From positions 1 through 62,154 of IMG/VR virus record IMGVR_UViG_3300017909_004502: 62,154 nucleotides of DNA; one strand, 5' to 3'. A program made the position numbers and the translations under genes. Position 1 is the first letter of the stretch, and each line of letters opens with the position of its first letter. The stretch is from a virus (lineage: Duplodnaviria > Caudoviricetes). Positions 1 through 9,761 of the stretch are shown here, in pieces. The notes below the pieces were generated by a model. The model was not told where the DNA came from, ran no database searches, and saw nothing but the letters and a program-made list of their open reading frames with translations.

Positions 1-407
1 AAAGTACGCTCACTGACCTCGTTGCAGGTTGTGTAGGAGAGGGATTGGCCGTTAAGTTTATGAATCATCGTAAGGTTAGCGGTCAACTTCCAAACCCGTC
101 TGATATACTGAGCGGTAAGGTCAAAGACCTTAAAACTAAAGAAATATCAGCGATGTATTCTTTGACAGTTTCTTTGTGCTATGAACTACAACAGGCACAC
201 GAGAAAAAAGAAAAGAACTGGAACGAACAGGCAGACAGATTCTTCCACTACATGATGGACAACTTTGAGACAGAGTTGGTTGTTATGGGTGCCAAGATCG
301 CACTGACGAACTACAAACTACCGTTTGATCCTAGCAAGTTGAAATCATTTGATAGGTTCCATAAGAAGTTTGGCAAGTACGTCATAACTGCTATGGAGTC
401 TAAATAA
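1..407 (+). CDS. C-terminal part of a probable MoxR-type AAA+ ATPase (5' truncated by the window)
   Basis: The frame is open from the window start. It is coupled by TAATG to a HEXXH/VWA gene, the usual MoxR-VWA pairing in jumbo phages. The Walker motifs lie outside the window. Confidence 0.6.
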   Translation, partial: STLTDLVAGCVGEGLAVKFMNHRKVSGQLPNPSDILSGKVKDLKTKEISAMYSLTVSLCYELQQAHEKKEKNWNEQADRFFHYMMDNFETELVVMGAKIALTNYKLPFDPSKLKSFDRFHKKFGKYVITAMESK

Positions 408-1645
408 TGATCGATTACAAAGAACAAAAGATCATAGACAAACTGGTTACGGCAAGGATCGCACTGCTACTGAAACATCCTTTCTTTGGCAACCTTGCTA
501 CCAGATTGAAACTTGTCAACGCAGACGACTGGTGTCCCACAGCAGGCACAGATGGCAGACACTTCTTCTACAACACAAAGTTCATAGACAGCCTTAACCC
601 TAGAGAAGCAGAATTCCTATTCGGACATGAAGTGTTGCACAATGTATTTGAACACATGATGGTGAGGATAGGAAACAGAGACCCACAACTTTGGAACATA
701 GCGGCGGACTATGCCGTGAACCAGATCTTGAAAGATTCAAACATCGGTGAGATGCCAAAGGGCAAGAAAGGTGAGAACAAAGGCTTCCAGGACGACAAAT
801 ACAAGGATTGGCCAGCAGAAAGAATATACGACGACATTATGAAAAATGCCAAAAAGATAGATCTCAGCAAACTTGGAGAACTGTTGGACGAACACGTGGA
901 CTGGGGCAAAGACGAAGGACAAGGTGGAGGTTCTGGCAACAAGGACGGCAAAGGCAAAGAAGGCAAAGGCAGACCTGTGTACACAAAAGAAGAACTTAAA
1001 AAGATCAGGGACGAAGTAAAAGAGGCAATGGTGAGTGCGGCACAGTCAACAGGTGCAAGTAATCTGCCAGGTGCTTTACAGAGACTTGTAAAAGATCTAA
1101 CAGAACCTAAGATGGACTGGAGAGAGATACTGCAACAACAGATCATGAGCACAATCAAAAGTGATTACACTTGGATGAGACCTTCGAGAAAATCATGGCA
1201 CACTTCTGCAATACTGCCGGGACAGAACAACGACGAGATGATAGACATCTGCTTGGCACTAGATGCCAGTGGTAGCATAAGTGATAACCAATGTAAAGAG
1301 TTCTTGACAGAGGTCAAAAACATCATGGATCAATACAAAGATTTTAGAATCCACTTATGGAGTTTTGACACAAAAGTTTTTAATCCGGTTGTGTTTACTC
1401 CGGACAACTCAGATGAACTGTTGGACTACAAATTAGGTGCTGGCGGTGGTACTGAGTTTGAATGTAATTGGGACTACATGAAAGAGGAAGGTATTGAACC
1501 GAAAAAATTTGTGATGTTCACAGACGGTTGGCCTTTTGAAACTTGGGGTGACCCGGACTACTGCGACACGATATTCTTGATCAACAACCCATACGAAAGG
1601 AACATTGAGGCACCGTTTGGTCTCACTGTACAGTACGATGATTGA
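407..1645 (+). CDS. Metallopeptidase-like (HEXXH) plus VWA domain protein (DUF2201-like)
   Basis: Motifs TAGTDG and HEVLH, WNIAADYAVN, MIDAS motif DASGS, GGGT and FTDG. Confidence 0.88.
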   Translation: MIDYKEQKIIDKLVTARIALLLKHPFFGNLATRLKLVNADDWCPTAGTDGRHFFYNTKFIDSLNPREAEFLFGHEVLHNVFEHMMVRIGNRDPQLWNIAADYAVNQILKDSNIGEMPKGKKGENKGFQDDKYKDWPAERIYDDIMKNAKKIDLSKLGELLDEHVDWGKDEGQGGGSGNKDGKGKEGKGRPVYTKEELKKIRDEVKEAMVSAAQSTGASNLPGALQRLVKDLTEPKMDWREILQQQIMSTIKSDYTWMRPSRKSWHTSAILPGQNNDEMIDICLALDASGSISDNQCKEFLTEVKNIMDQYKDFRIHLWSFDTKVFNPVVFTPDNSDELLDYKLGAGGGTEFECNWDYMKEEGIEPKKFVMFTDGWPFETWGDPDYCDTIFLINNPYERNIEAPFGLTVQYDD

Positions 1646-1763
1646 TAGACAACTAGTACAATTACTATGGGAGACGTTCAAAGACTGGTTCCTGAATGAA
1701 GTATCAATATCTATAATGAGTTTTGGATTATTGACAATAGCACTATGGAGTTATTTGACATGA
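1638..1763 (+). CDS. Small 41-aa membrane peptide (not in ORF track)
   Basis: MIDRQLVQLLWETFKDWFLNEVSISIMSFGLLTIALWSYLT. It overlaps the upstream stop and has an ATGA overlap with the next ORF. Confidence 0.6.
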   Translation: MIDRQLVQLLWETFKDWFLNEVSISIMSFGLLTIALWSYLT

Positions 1764-1849
1764 AGAAATTTTTCACAGAGAACCCATTTATGTTAGCAAT
1801 ATATATTTTTTTGATAACAATGATAATTTTTGAGGTGGGTATAGGATAA
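1760..1849 (+). CDS. Small 29-aa membrane peptide (not in ORF track)
   Basis: MKKFFTENPFMLAIYIFLITMIIFEVGIG, with ATGA coupling upstream and TAATG coupling downstream. Confidence 0.6.
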   Translation: MKKFFTENPFMLAIYIFLITMIIFEVGIG

Positions 1850-2208
1850 TGCACATGTTTCCAAACATAAATCCATATTCGGGCAAACTGGAGAAGGTCA
1901 AGTGTTTGCGTAACTGGATGATAGACACTGCGACAATTTTGTTTGACGACAGCAAGAACGATCTGAGAAGCCTACCAAAAACAGTGAGGTTACAAATTCT
2001 TTTGACTCTAAGTTTCATTTGGTCGACTGCTTTCACAATTTATATATGGGGCACAATGAACGTTGACATTTGGCTGAGCTGGTTTGGAGGGCACGTTGCA
2101 ATTATATTTGCATCATACTTTACATTCAAACAGTTTCATGGCAAGGCACACACAATGAAACCAAACAAACAGGAACCACCTATGTACGATGATGTTTGGG
2201 GTGCCTAA
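1849..2208 (+). CDS. Hypothetical membrane protein
   Basis: Two hydrophobic segments; TAATG-coupled at both ends. Confidence 0.7.
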   Translation: MHMFPNINPYSGKLEKVKCLRNWMIDTATILFDDSKNDLRSLPKTVRLQILLTLSFIWSTAFTIYIWGTMNVDIWLSWFGGHVAIIFASYFTFKQFHGKAHTMKPNKQEPPMYDDVWGA

Positions 2209-2474
2209 TGAAGATAAATCCAAATAATTTTTTCCAGAGAGAATTAGATTTCAAACCACCACATTTTACCAACACAGTGGTGAGAGCACACGAGGCAGAT
2301 GTTGAACGTATGCGGAAATGGATCTACGAAAACTGCAACGGCAGATATTCTATTACCAAGGATGTCATGTTTGACAATGGTATATCTCGCAACGTAACTG
2401 TGCTTGGTTTCGAACAACCGGGTGATTTGGTTCTGTTCGGTCTATCCGGTCTGGCTCAAAACCTCCAAAAATAA
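2208..2474 (+). CDS. Hypothetical phage protein
   Basis: ORF track gives 2196-2474. ATG 2208 in a TAATG overlap is the more likely start. Confidence 0.7.
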   Translation: MKINPNNFFQRELDFKPPHFTNTVVRAHEADVERMRKWIYENCNGRYSITKDVMFDNGISRNVTVLGFEQPGDLVLFGLSGLAQNLQK

Positions 2475-2477
2475 AGA

Positions 2478-2506
2478 TTGCACTAGATAATTACTTTTAG
2501 TATAAT
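2478..2506 (+). promoter_or_regulatory. Sigma70-type promoter
   Basis: TTGCAC-N17-TATAAT in the intergenic gap. Confidence 0.7.
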
Positions 2507-2548
2507 ATACGTATATTATATTAATTGCAATTAAAAGGAAAAATACAA

Positions 2549-2863
2549 ATGGCAACAAAAAAGAAAAACTTGAAAAAGCCAAGTAAGGCTACTGCCAAAA
2601 CTGAAGCGGCGGCGCAACCGCAACAGGCACCGGCAGGACAACAGGCTCCACAACCGGATCCTACTGCTTTATCAATTGGTGATTTGAAAAATCTTTCTGT
2701 GGTATTGGACGTGGCATCATCAAGAGGTGCATTCAAAGCCGCGGAGATGGCCAACGTTGGATTCTTGTATAATAAGTTACAAGCATTCTTGGCCAAGGTA
2801 GCACCTGAAACTAAACCAGAAGATGCCCAAGCAGAAGCGCCGGCAACTTCCACGCAGAAATAA
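2549..2863 (+). CDS. Hypothetical protein with Lys/Ala/Gln-rich N-terminus
   Basis: AAAGGA RBS before ATG 2549. Core sequence LSIGDL..LDVASSRGAFKAAEM..VG.LY. Confidence 0.75.
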   Translation: MATKKKNLKKPSKATAKTEAAAQPQQAPAGQQAPQPDPTALSIGDLKNLSVVLDVASSRGAFKAAEMANVGFLYNKLQAFLAKVAPETKPEDAQAEAPATSTQK

Positions 2864-2874
2864 GGAGCACACAA

Positions 2875-3420
2875 ATGGCAAATTTAATGAATGTTAATAA
2901 CATGGCGATGGGTCCAGGGTTGGATGCAAATGAAGGATCAGTTCCTAGAACTTACTTCAAACACGTAGGCGAACTTGCGGACGAATCCAAAGCCAAAGTT
3001 GTAGTGGTATACAGAGTGGTTCCAGGAGAGCCAAACAACTGTTTAGTTGTTGGTACTAAATTCCTGTCAGACATGTACCACAACGCATTGATGAGAGCAG
3101 TCGAATCAGAAGGCGGACAAGCCGCTGAGGAACTGGGCACATTTCTTGCGAGGCAAACGTTTCCAGATGGAACGAATATGCTGGCAGTATTGCACAACGA
3201 CAACTATATCAAAAAGTTTAAAACCAAAGACATCGTTATGACATATGGTCCAACAGCAGAGGGAAGAATAACTCTTAACAAGTTGAATGATATGATCGCG
3301 AAAGAACAAGGTGTCAAGGTAGGCGACCTAGCAGTCAAAGAAGATACTGAAGCGACAGAGGCACCAGCAAAGAAAACAGCAAAAAAAACTGATGCCAAGG
3401 AAACAACCACCAAAGAATAG
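2875..3420 (+). CDS. Hypothetical phage protein
   Basis: AAGGAG RBS; 181 aa. Confidence 0.8.
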   Translation: MANLMNVNNMAMGPGLDANEGSVPRTYFKHVGELADESKAKVVVVYRVVPGEPNNCLVVGTKFLSDMYHNALMRAVESEGGQAAEELGTFLARQTFPDGTNMLAVLHNDNYIKKFKTKDIVMTYGPTAEGRITLNKLNDMIAKEQGVKVGDLAVKEDTEATEAPAKKTAKKTDAKETTTKE

Positions 3421-3736
3421 CACTTGGGTACAGTTGACGAAGGATTTCGTCAAGGAATGGCCGGAAGTTCTAGAAGGATTACATTTCAAGAACATGCCGG
3501 TCAAGTACCTACTTTATATCAATCTTATCCTCAAAAACAACATCACCATACGTTACGACGTCAAAAAAGAACTTAAGAAGAAAAAACAAGAGACAATAGC
3601 CAAGTTCTTGAAACAAACAATTGAAAAAAATTATCTCAAGATAAGAACGGTGGACATGAAATTTGATGTACCTGCCCTGAAAAGGGACATGGAAGCAAAA
3701 ACCAGCAATATACTACGAAAAACTTTTAGAAAGTAA
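3392..3736 (+). CDS. Basic hypothetical protein
   Basis: 114-aa ORF continuing the operon; overlaps the convergent minus-strand gene at its 3' end. Confidence 0.7.
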   Translation: MPRKQPPKNSTWVQLTKDFVKEWPEVLEGLHFKNMPVKYLLYINLILKNNITIRYDVKKELKKKKQETIAKFLKQTIEKNYLKIRTVDMKFDVPALKRDMEAKTSNILRKTFRK

Positions 3737-4588
3737 ATCTACATTTTTTGCCACAGCAATAGCATTATCGATATCACTTATAGGTGTGGTTCTATTTTCA
3801 ACACATTCAACGAAATGTTCTAATTCGTTCCTCAAAGGATTACAATCTATCTTGAATTCTTCAACTGTGGGTGTGTAATTCATTCGATCTTCTTGCCATA
3901 TATCTGTTTGCAATTTTATGATCTTGGACTGCTCATCCCAAAAGATCGTGCCCTTGTCGCCTATAATAACGGTCGTACGTTGCTTATCCGGATAATACCA
4001 ACTCAAGTTAAATTTTACAGGTACATTGTTGCAAGTGAACTCGAACTCGTCTCTGTCATTTTTTTCAAACTTACTGAACCTGTGTCCGCTATGTTTTATA
4101 TTTCTGAATTCGTGTTCGCCCAAAAAATAATGTATCATGCTTATGTCATGAGTGGCCAAACTATCCACTGTTGTAATTTTTTTTTGAAATCTACCCCAAT
4201 TCATTCTATTTGATTCTATGTGTTGTATGTTTCCTATACGAGGCAATAGTTCTTTTATTTTTTTGACACGATCGTTGTAAAGGAAAATGTGTCCCACCAT
4301 CAATGTTTGATCTCTCAAAAAACTTTTTATTATGCAACAGTCTGTGCAAGTCAATGCAAGTGGTTTTTCAACATATAAATTTTTTCCTTGATTCAACAGC
4401 CTAATTACTTGATCTTTATGATCCCACGCAGGTGTGGCCAATATCACATTGTCATGGCTTACGGAGTCGATATCTCTCCCGTTTTTGATATCTATTTCTT
4501 CGATATCTCCCACTGTATCGATGTTGCGTAATTCTCTTAATATATTAGATCCCCAATATCCTATACCAACCAGACTAATGTTTATCAT
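3713..4588 (-). CDS. Gfo/Idh/MocA-family NAD-dependent oxidoreductase (WlbA/WbpB-like)
   Basis: Motifs GIGYWG, ATP..H, VEKPLA, MVGH and HD. Confidence 0.88.
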   Translation of the reverse strand: MINISLVGIGYWGSNILRELRNIDTVGDIEEIDIKNGRDIDSVSHDNVILATPAWDHKDQVIRLLNQGKNLYVEKPLALTCTDCCIIKSFLRDQTLMVGHIFLYNDRVKKIKELLPRIGNIQHIESNRMNWGRFQKKITTVDSLATHDISMIHYFLGEHEFRNIKHSGHRFSKFEKNDRDEFEFTCNNVPVKFNLSWYYPDKQRTTVIIGDKGTIFWDEQSKIIKLQTDIWQEDRMNYTPTVEEFKIDCNPLRNELEHFVECVENRTTPISDIDNAIAVAKNVDLLSKSFS

Positions 4589-5687
4589 AGAACTCCTTTA
4601 TTGATTTTATAATGTAATCTTGCCAATGGGTTGGCAAAGTGTGATAACACGGAAGGCTTAAAATGTTGTCGCAAACATATTCCGTCCTTGTCAATTTTTC
4701 CATGCTATATTCTCTGAATGCTTTTGTTTTGTGTGTTGGATTTTTATAATGCACATTGGTAGCGATACCTTTTGTTTTTAAAAAGTTTGCTAATTCATCT
4801 CTGGTTCCTTTTGGAGTTTCAATCACATACACATAATACGAATGCAATCCCCATGGTGCTTCTTTGGGACATTTAACGATGCCATCCAACTCTGCTGTGT
4901 ACCTACGGCAAATCTGTCTTTTCTTTTCCAACCAAGTATCTATCTTGGACAACTTGGCCTGTGTGATCACTGCCTGGAGATTATCTATACGAGAGTTGTA
5001 TCCAACATCTTCGTATTGGAATTTTGTTTTACGACCATGATCCCTATACATCTTTACCCGTTCAATTAATTTTGCACTGCCAGTGACAGCACCTGCATCT
5101 CCCATGGCTCCTAAATTTTTAACAGGATTAAAACTGAAGCAAGTCAAATCAACTAGACTTCCAACTTTTTTACCTTTGTATTCCGCACCAAAACTCTGTG
5201 CGGCATCTTCAATTAATTTAATATTGTATTTTTTTGCAAACTTTTTGAGTCTATCAATATCCGGTGTTTGTCCATAAAGGTCAACAAAAAGTATTGCACT
5301 GGGCGGACACTCGGGATTGAAATCAGTCACCTGCTCAAGATCAAACAAATAAAACTCATCGATATCAACGAAGTGCGGTGTTGCACCCACATTCACGATG
5401 GATTCTGTTGTAGATACAAAAGTGTGTCCTACCGTCCACACTGTATCGCCTGTACCTATGTCCAATGCACGTAAGGCACATACCAAACTGTTTGTTCCTG
5501 ATCCCATGCTGGCACAGGCCTCGGCACCTGTGTAGTTGCAAATTGCTTGTTCGAATTTGTCCACAGTTGGTCCTGTAATGAAATCAGATCTACCAATAAT
5601 GTCAGCAATCGCTGAATCTATCTCCGTCTTGCACTCCTCGTATTGAGGATAAAGATCAACAAACGGTATTTTGATATTTTTGTTCAT
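4575..5687 (-). CDS. DegT/DnrJ/EryC1/StrS PLP-dependent sugar aminotransferase
   Basis: Motifs IPFVDL, EDAAQS, SFNPVKNLGAMGDAG (catalytic Lys) and GYNSRID. Confidence 0.95.
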   Translation of the reverse strand: MNKNIKIPFVDLYPQYEECKTEIDSAIADIIGRSDFITGPTVDKFEQAICNYTGAEACASMGSGTNSLVCALRALDIGTGDTVWTVGHTFVSTTESIVNVGATPHFVDIDEFYLFDLEQVTDFNPECPPSAILFVDLYGQTPDIDRLKKFAKKYNIKLIEDAAQSFGAEYKGKKVGSLVDLTCFSFNPVKNLGAMGDAGAVTGSAKLIERVKMYRDHGRKTKFQYEDVGYNSRIDNLQAVITQAKLSKIDTWLEKKRQICRRYTAELDGIVKCPKEAPWGLHSYYVYVIETPKGTRDELANFLKTKGIATNVHYKNPTHKTKAFREYSMEKLTRTEYVCDNILSLPCYHTLPTHWQDYIIKSIKEFYDKH

Positions 5688-6987
5688 AATGTTGTTTTAG
5701 CCATTCAAAGTTGTATGATAACATAAGTTCGTCATAGTTGTCACGATATTTGTTATAAAATTCTTTGGCATCGTTAGCACCCTTACTTACCCACTCTGCG
5801 TTTTTGCCTTTACCAAGTTGGCACCATTTTTTCAACCTATACTTGGACTCAACTGTGGGCACAGATTGGCACAACTTGACCACTTCTCTGAATGCTGTCC
5901 TCCAAGCCAACCATGGTGTTTCATTAAAATGATTTATGGCGCTGAGTATGGGCACAACCTCGTGTGCCTGAGAAAGTGTGAAATCCAAACCGGGTTTGTT
6001 GGTCTTCATTGTGAGCTCTTTGTTGTACAGCAACACGGCACCATGACCGTACTCGAGATCGTTCACGGGATTTTTGCAGTGGAAAATATAGTGGCATGGC
6101 TCTTTCATCCTGTCCGGTTGGAAATCAAATTTAAAACTGTCAACGATTTCAAGTTTTGGGAACACCGCAAAAAAATAATCTGTCTCACTTAGACTGGCCG
6201 CAGTCATATACGCCAGTGTTTGTCCTGTCACACTTTTCACCCATTTGGCACGAGGATACTTTGATTTCAATGTGTTGAACCTCGCCTCTGCACTTGGTTC
6301 ATCATACGATATAAAAATGATGTCCATTGGACGCACAGGATAATCCTTTTCAAAATTTACATGACGTTCTATGTCATAAAATTGCTTGATGTTTTTTCTA
6401 TAAGGCACCAACATTATATCATTGGTTTTACCCCACGTGTAAATTTTCTCATCTTCCCAAAAACTTGGAAAAAAGTTTGGAATCTCACTTTCGGGCAAAT
6501 CATGATTGTATAGCCATGTGTAATAATTTGGTTCGGCATTGGTATAGGCTGTGTATGGATTACGTAGTTTAAATCCGGTCTTGGCTATCCAGTTCTGGAA
6601 AAGATTGGGATGATCATGATAATTTATATCCTTGTAGTCTCGCAAAAATTTTAAATTGTTTATTTGTTTTTTTAGGGCATGTGTGTTGATGAGGAATACA
6701 TTGCCTTCCTTGTTTGTGCCACCCAAAGGGTGTGTGTTATACCATACGTGTATCTGTTCACTTTCGTGTTGTTCTGGAATATAATCTAGGTCAACGGTTT
6801 TCAAATCCATGAAATTGGCAAAGAACCAAAAATATTCGGTCTTGACATCATCAATTACACTTTTCAACACATTGAGGTAACTTTCAACAAAAGGCACTTC
6901 ACGTGTGTTGGCAAACGGAGATGGAATGTGTTTGGTGTTTTTAAATCTTACCTGTATGCTGTCGAATCCAGTCATAATAACTTTCAA
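5656..6987 (-). CDS. Glycosyltransferase-like protein; C-terminal half paralogous to 19016-19912
   Basis: Shared DIIFISYDEP, NPVNDLEYG and AFREVVK blocks. The DxD position is replaced by FPK. Confidence 0.6.
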   Translation of the reverse strand: MKVIMTGFDSIQVRFKNTKHIPSPFANTREVPFVESYLNVLKSVIDDVKTEYFWFFANFMDLKTVDLDYIPEQHESEQIHVWYNTHPLGGTNKEGNVFLINTHALKKQINNLKFLRDYKDINYHDHPNLFQNWIAKTGFKLRNPYTAYTNAEPNYYTWLYNHDLPESEIPNFFPSFWEDEKIYTWGKTNDIMLVPYRKNIKQFYDIERHVNFEKDYPVRPMDIIFISYDEPSAEARFNTLKSKYPRAKWVKSVTGQTLAYMTAASLSETDYFFAVFPKLEIVDSFKFDFQPDRMKEPCHYIFHCKNPVNDLEYGHGAVLLYNKELTMKTNKPGLDFTLSQAHEVVPILSAINHFNETPWLAWRTAFREVVKLCQSVPTVESKYRLKKWCQLGKGKNAEWVSKGANDAKEFYNKYRDNYDELMLSYNFEWLKQHYEQKYQNTVC

Positions 6988-7891
6988 GTCCTTGTCTCAG
7001 TGAAAATTCAGGATTGTAACCAATCAATTCACGGGCACGTGATATGTCAAGTGTACCCCTTTGCGGGTACAGTTTATGCATTCCAACGTCACGCAATTCA
7101 GATTTACTGCCTGTGATATCTATTATTGTTTCAGCCAGTGTCCTCAAACTTGCGGCGTTGCCCGCGGTCATGTTCAAACTTATGTTGGTTTGATCACTTA
7201 AGGCGGCCTTAGCAATACCGTAAGCGGCGTCCTGCCTGTATGTGAAGTCTACTTTATTGTCTCCATTGTGCAGTGTAATGGGTTCATTGGCCATGGCTTT
7301 TTTAAAGAATTTCGGCACTACTCTATCTGGCAAATCTCCCGGTCCGTATACTCCACTGGGCCTAATTATGATGTATTTCAGTCCGTCTTTCTTGCTGATC
7401 AACTTTGTTAATCTTTCTCCAGCCAGTTTGGCCTCACCGTATAGGTTCATGGGCTTTGTGTTGGCATCTTCCTTTGTGCCATCAACGAAGTCACCATACA
7501 CCATGCTACTGCTGATGTATATAAATTTTTTTACTCTGAAATTGACACAATGCCATAACATGTTTACTGTGCCATCTATTATCAAAGGTACACCAACCGC
7601 GGGATCATCATTCACAACCTTGGCTCGTGGCCATGTGGCCAAATGAATCACAACGTCCGGCCTAGTACTGAATGCTTTAAGGCAATCGTTTTTTTTCCTC
7701 ACATCTCCCGGAATAAAAGAAACGTTTTTCCAGTTCCTTTCTCTCCATTGGTAGAGTTTTCTTAATTCGTCCCGTGACAACACGCCATAATCTTCCTGGC
7801 TATCCATTACGGTGACCCTGTGATCTTGACAAAGTTTTTCTGCTATTTTAGATCCGATGAATCCTCTGCCGCCTGCTATCAATATCTTCAT
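6941..7891 (-). CDS. NAD-dependent nucleotide-sugar epimerase/dehydratase
   Basis: Motifs GGRGFIG, SSSMVYG, YGEAK (YxxxK), VYGPG and DFTY. Confidence 0.92.
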   Translation of the reverse strand: MKILIAGGRGFIGSKIAEKLCQDHRVTVMDSQEDYGVLSRDELRKLYQWRERNWKNVSFIPGDVRKKNDCLKAFSTRPDVVIHLATWPRAKVVNDDPAVGVPLIIDGTVNMLWHCVNFRVKKFIYISSSMVYGDFVDGTKEDANTKPMNLYGEAKLAGERLTKLISKKDGLKYIIIRPSGVYGPGDLPDRVVPKFFKKAMANEPITLHNGDNKVDFTYRQDAAYGIAKAALSDQTNISLNMTAGNAASLRTLAETIIDITGSKSELRDVGMHKLYPQRGTLDISRARELIGYNPEFSLRQGLESYYDWIRQHTGKI

Positions 7892-9354
7892 CCTAAAACT
7901 TTTACTCCGTATTTGTTGGTGAATGCTTTACCATCTTCCCTTGTGTTCACTATAGGTTGTCCTTTGATGTTGAGACTGGTGTTCAAAAGTATAGGGCAAC
8001 CGGTCTGTTTTTTCCATTCTGTCAGTAGTGCGTGGAATCCTGGATTGTCTGTTTTTCGCACCGTTTGTACCCTAGAAGTGTGATCATGATGTATTATGGC
8101 AGGAAACGTTTTACCATGCGTACAAGGCGCTGTAAATTGCATATAAGGGGTATTTTTGACGCCTTTAGGCAGTGTAAAATAGTCGTTAACGTCCTCTTCT
8201 AATATGGCTGGAGCGAACGGTCTAAACTTCTGTCTCTTCTTGATGCTGTTTACCATGTCCTTGATGTCCTCTCCTCTTGGGTCTGCTAATAACGATCTAT
8301 TACCAAGTGCTCTTGGACCGAATTCCGCTCGGCCACTTGCCACACCCACCATTTTGTTTTCTTTCAATTCTTTTATCAATGCATCAACCGGATACTCACC
8401 GTCTATCTCAGTGCCCAAGAACGGATGTTGCCAATTGATGAATTTCTTTTCATGTGCGGCTACACAGCCAATGCTGGATCCTGCATCTCCCGGATTGGGT
8501 ATTATCCAGATGTTGTCAAACAACTGCATGTTGGCTAAAACTTTGTTGGCGGCGCAATTCAATGCTACCCCACCCGCATACACAAGATTACGTGAACCAT
8601 ACTTGCTGGCCCTGTGCCATAAGTTGGCGAGGCATTCTTCCGTGACCGACTGTATGCTGGCCGCTATATCCATCACGTCAGCCTCCGGGTGCCAGTCTCC
8701 GAGACCCCTGTGTAGGTTCTTTTTCAGTCGGAATGGTGATTGTTCCACAAAGTCCTCGTAAATGTCCTGTTTGTATTTTGGCTTGCCATACGCGGCCATT
8801 CCCATGAGAATATATTCTTCTTCCGCTGGCTTGAGTCCACAACGATGTGTGAATGCCGAATATAATATGCCAAGGCTATGTGGATATCTAATTGTTTCTT
8901 TTCTCTCGATGTTCCTACCACGAGCAGTAGATATAGAAACAGTGTCCCATTCACCTATGGCATCCACAGTCAGTATGGTTGCCTCACGGAATGGAGAAGT
9001 AAAGTATCCCGCCGCCGCGTGTGAGTCGTGGTGTAACACATACTCGTCTATCTTGATATGAAACTTGTCAAGGTGCCATTGAGGCATCTCTGTCTGTGCG
9101 AATGCCTCTGCGTACTGTCCAGCGTATAACTGTCTTGTCTTTTTAAGTAATGGCTTCTCGTAATACACCACCTTGTTGAATGGTCCAAACTTATTCGCTT
9201 CGTTGACTATGCCCCAGTTTAGGTAATGGTCATTCTTTACTTTAGAATATCTTTCGGAGTGTGCGGCCCACAGTATCTTGCCAACACCACCTTGATACTC
9301 AACAACAGCCATAGCGGCGTCATGATTCATGCAATTTATTCCAAGTATTCTCAT
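7888..9354 (-). CDS. NodU/CmcH-family carbamoyltransferase
   Basis: Motifs HDAA, HHDSHAA, DAIGE, MGMAAYG, GGVALNC, EFGPRALGNRS, FRPFAP and LNTSLN. Confidence 0.95.
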   Translation of the reverse strand: MRILGINCMNHDAAMAVVEYQGGVGKILWAAHSERYSKVKNDHYLNWGIVNEANKFGPFNKVVYYEKPLLKKTRQLYAGQYAEAFAQTEMPQWHLDKFHIKIDEYVLHHDSHAAAGYFTSPFREATILTVDAIGEWDTVSISTARGRNIERKETIRYPHSLGILYSAFTHRCGLKPAEEEYILMGMAAYGKPKYKQDIYEDFVEQSPFRLKKNLHRGLGDWHPEADVMDIAASIQSVTEECLANLWHRASKYGSRNLVYAGGVALNCAANKVLANMQLFDNIWIIPNPGDAGSSIGCVAAHEKKFINWQHPFLGTEIDGEYPVDALIKELKENKMVGVASGRAEFGPRALGNRSLLADPRGEDIKDMVNSIKKRQKFRPFAPAILEEDVNDYFTLPKGVKNTPYMQFTAPCTHGKTFPAIIHHDHTSRVQTVRKTDNPGFHALLTEWKKQTGCPILLNTSLNIKGQPIVNTREDGKAFTNKYGVKVLG

Positions 9355-9761
9355 AGTGTATCGTCGAACGTATTTCTACGTATTGTTGAAATGTATTTTT
9401 TTAATTCTTTGTCCTTAACATCTAAAGGCACTTCGTTCTTGTAAAAAATCCTGTAACTGTCACTGCCGTATTTGCCTATACCGTGCAAGTCACTGGCTTC
9501 TTTGTAGTCCCAAGTCAAAAACTGTTCACTCATCTTCCTAAGTCTTTTAGCCCTCACACTCCACATACCCAACGGCTTCAACATGTTTTCCTGTGTTTTC
9601 AATCGGCCTCGCAGATACGCTTTTGGATTTGGATACCGTTTAAACAATTTAGGTAACACTTCTTTGACCTGTTTCCTGTAAGTCTGATTAAGGCATATCA
9701 CACCCACCATGTGTTGCCATATTGTTTTGACCTGTTGTTGCACCATTAGATCTTCTCTCAT
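9351..9761 (-). CDS. HhH-GPD DNA glycosylase, MBD4-like
   Basis: Motifs WQHMVGVICLNQT, PLG..RA and LHGIGKYGSDSYRIF, which resembles the MBD4 catalytic region. Confidence 0.8.
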   Translation of the reverse strand: MREDLMVQQQVKTIWQHMVGVICLNQTYRKQVKEVLPKLFKRYPNPKAYLRGRLKTQENMLKPLGMWSVRAKRLRKMSEQFLTWDYKEASDLHGIGKYGSDSYRIFYKNEVPLDVKDKELKKYISTIRRNTFDDTL

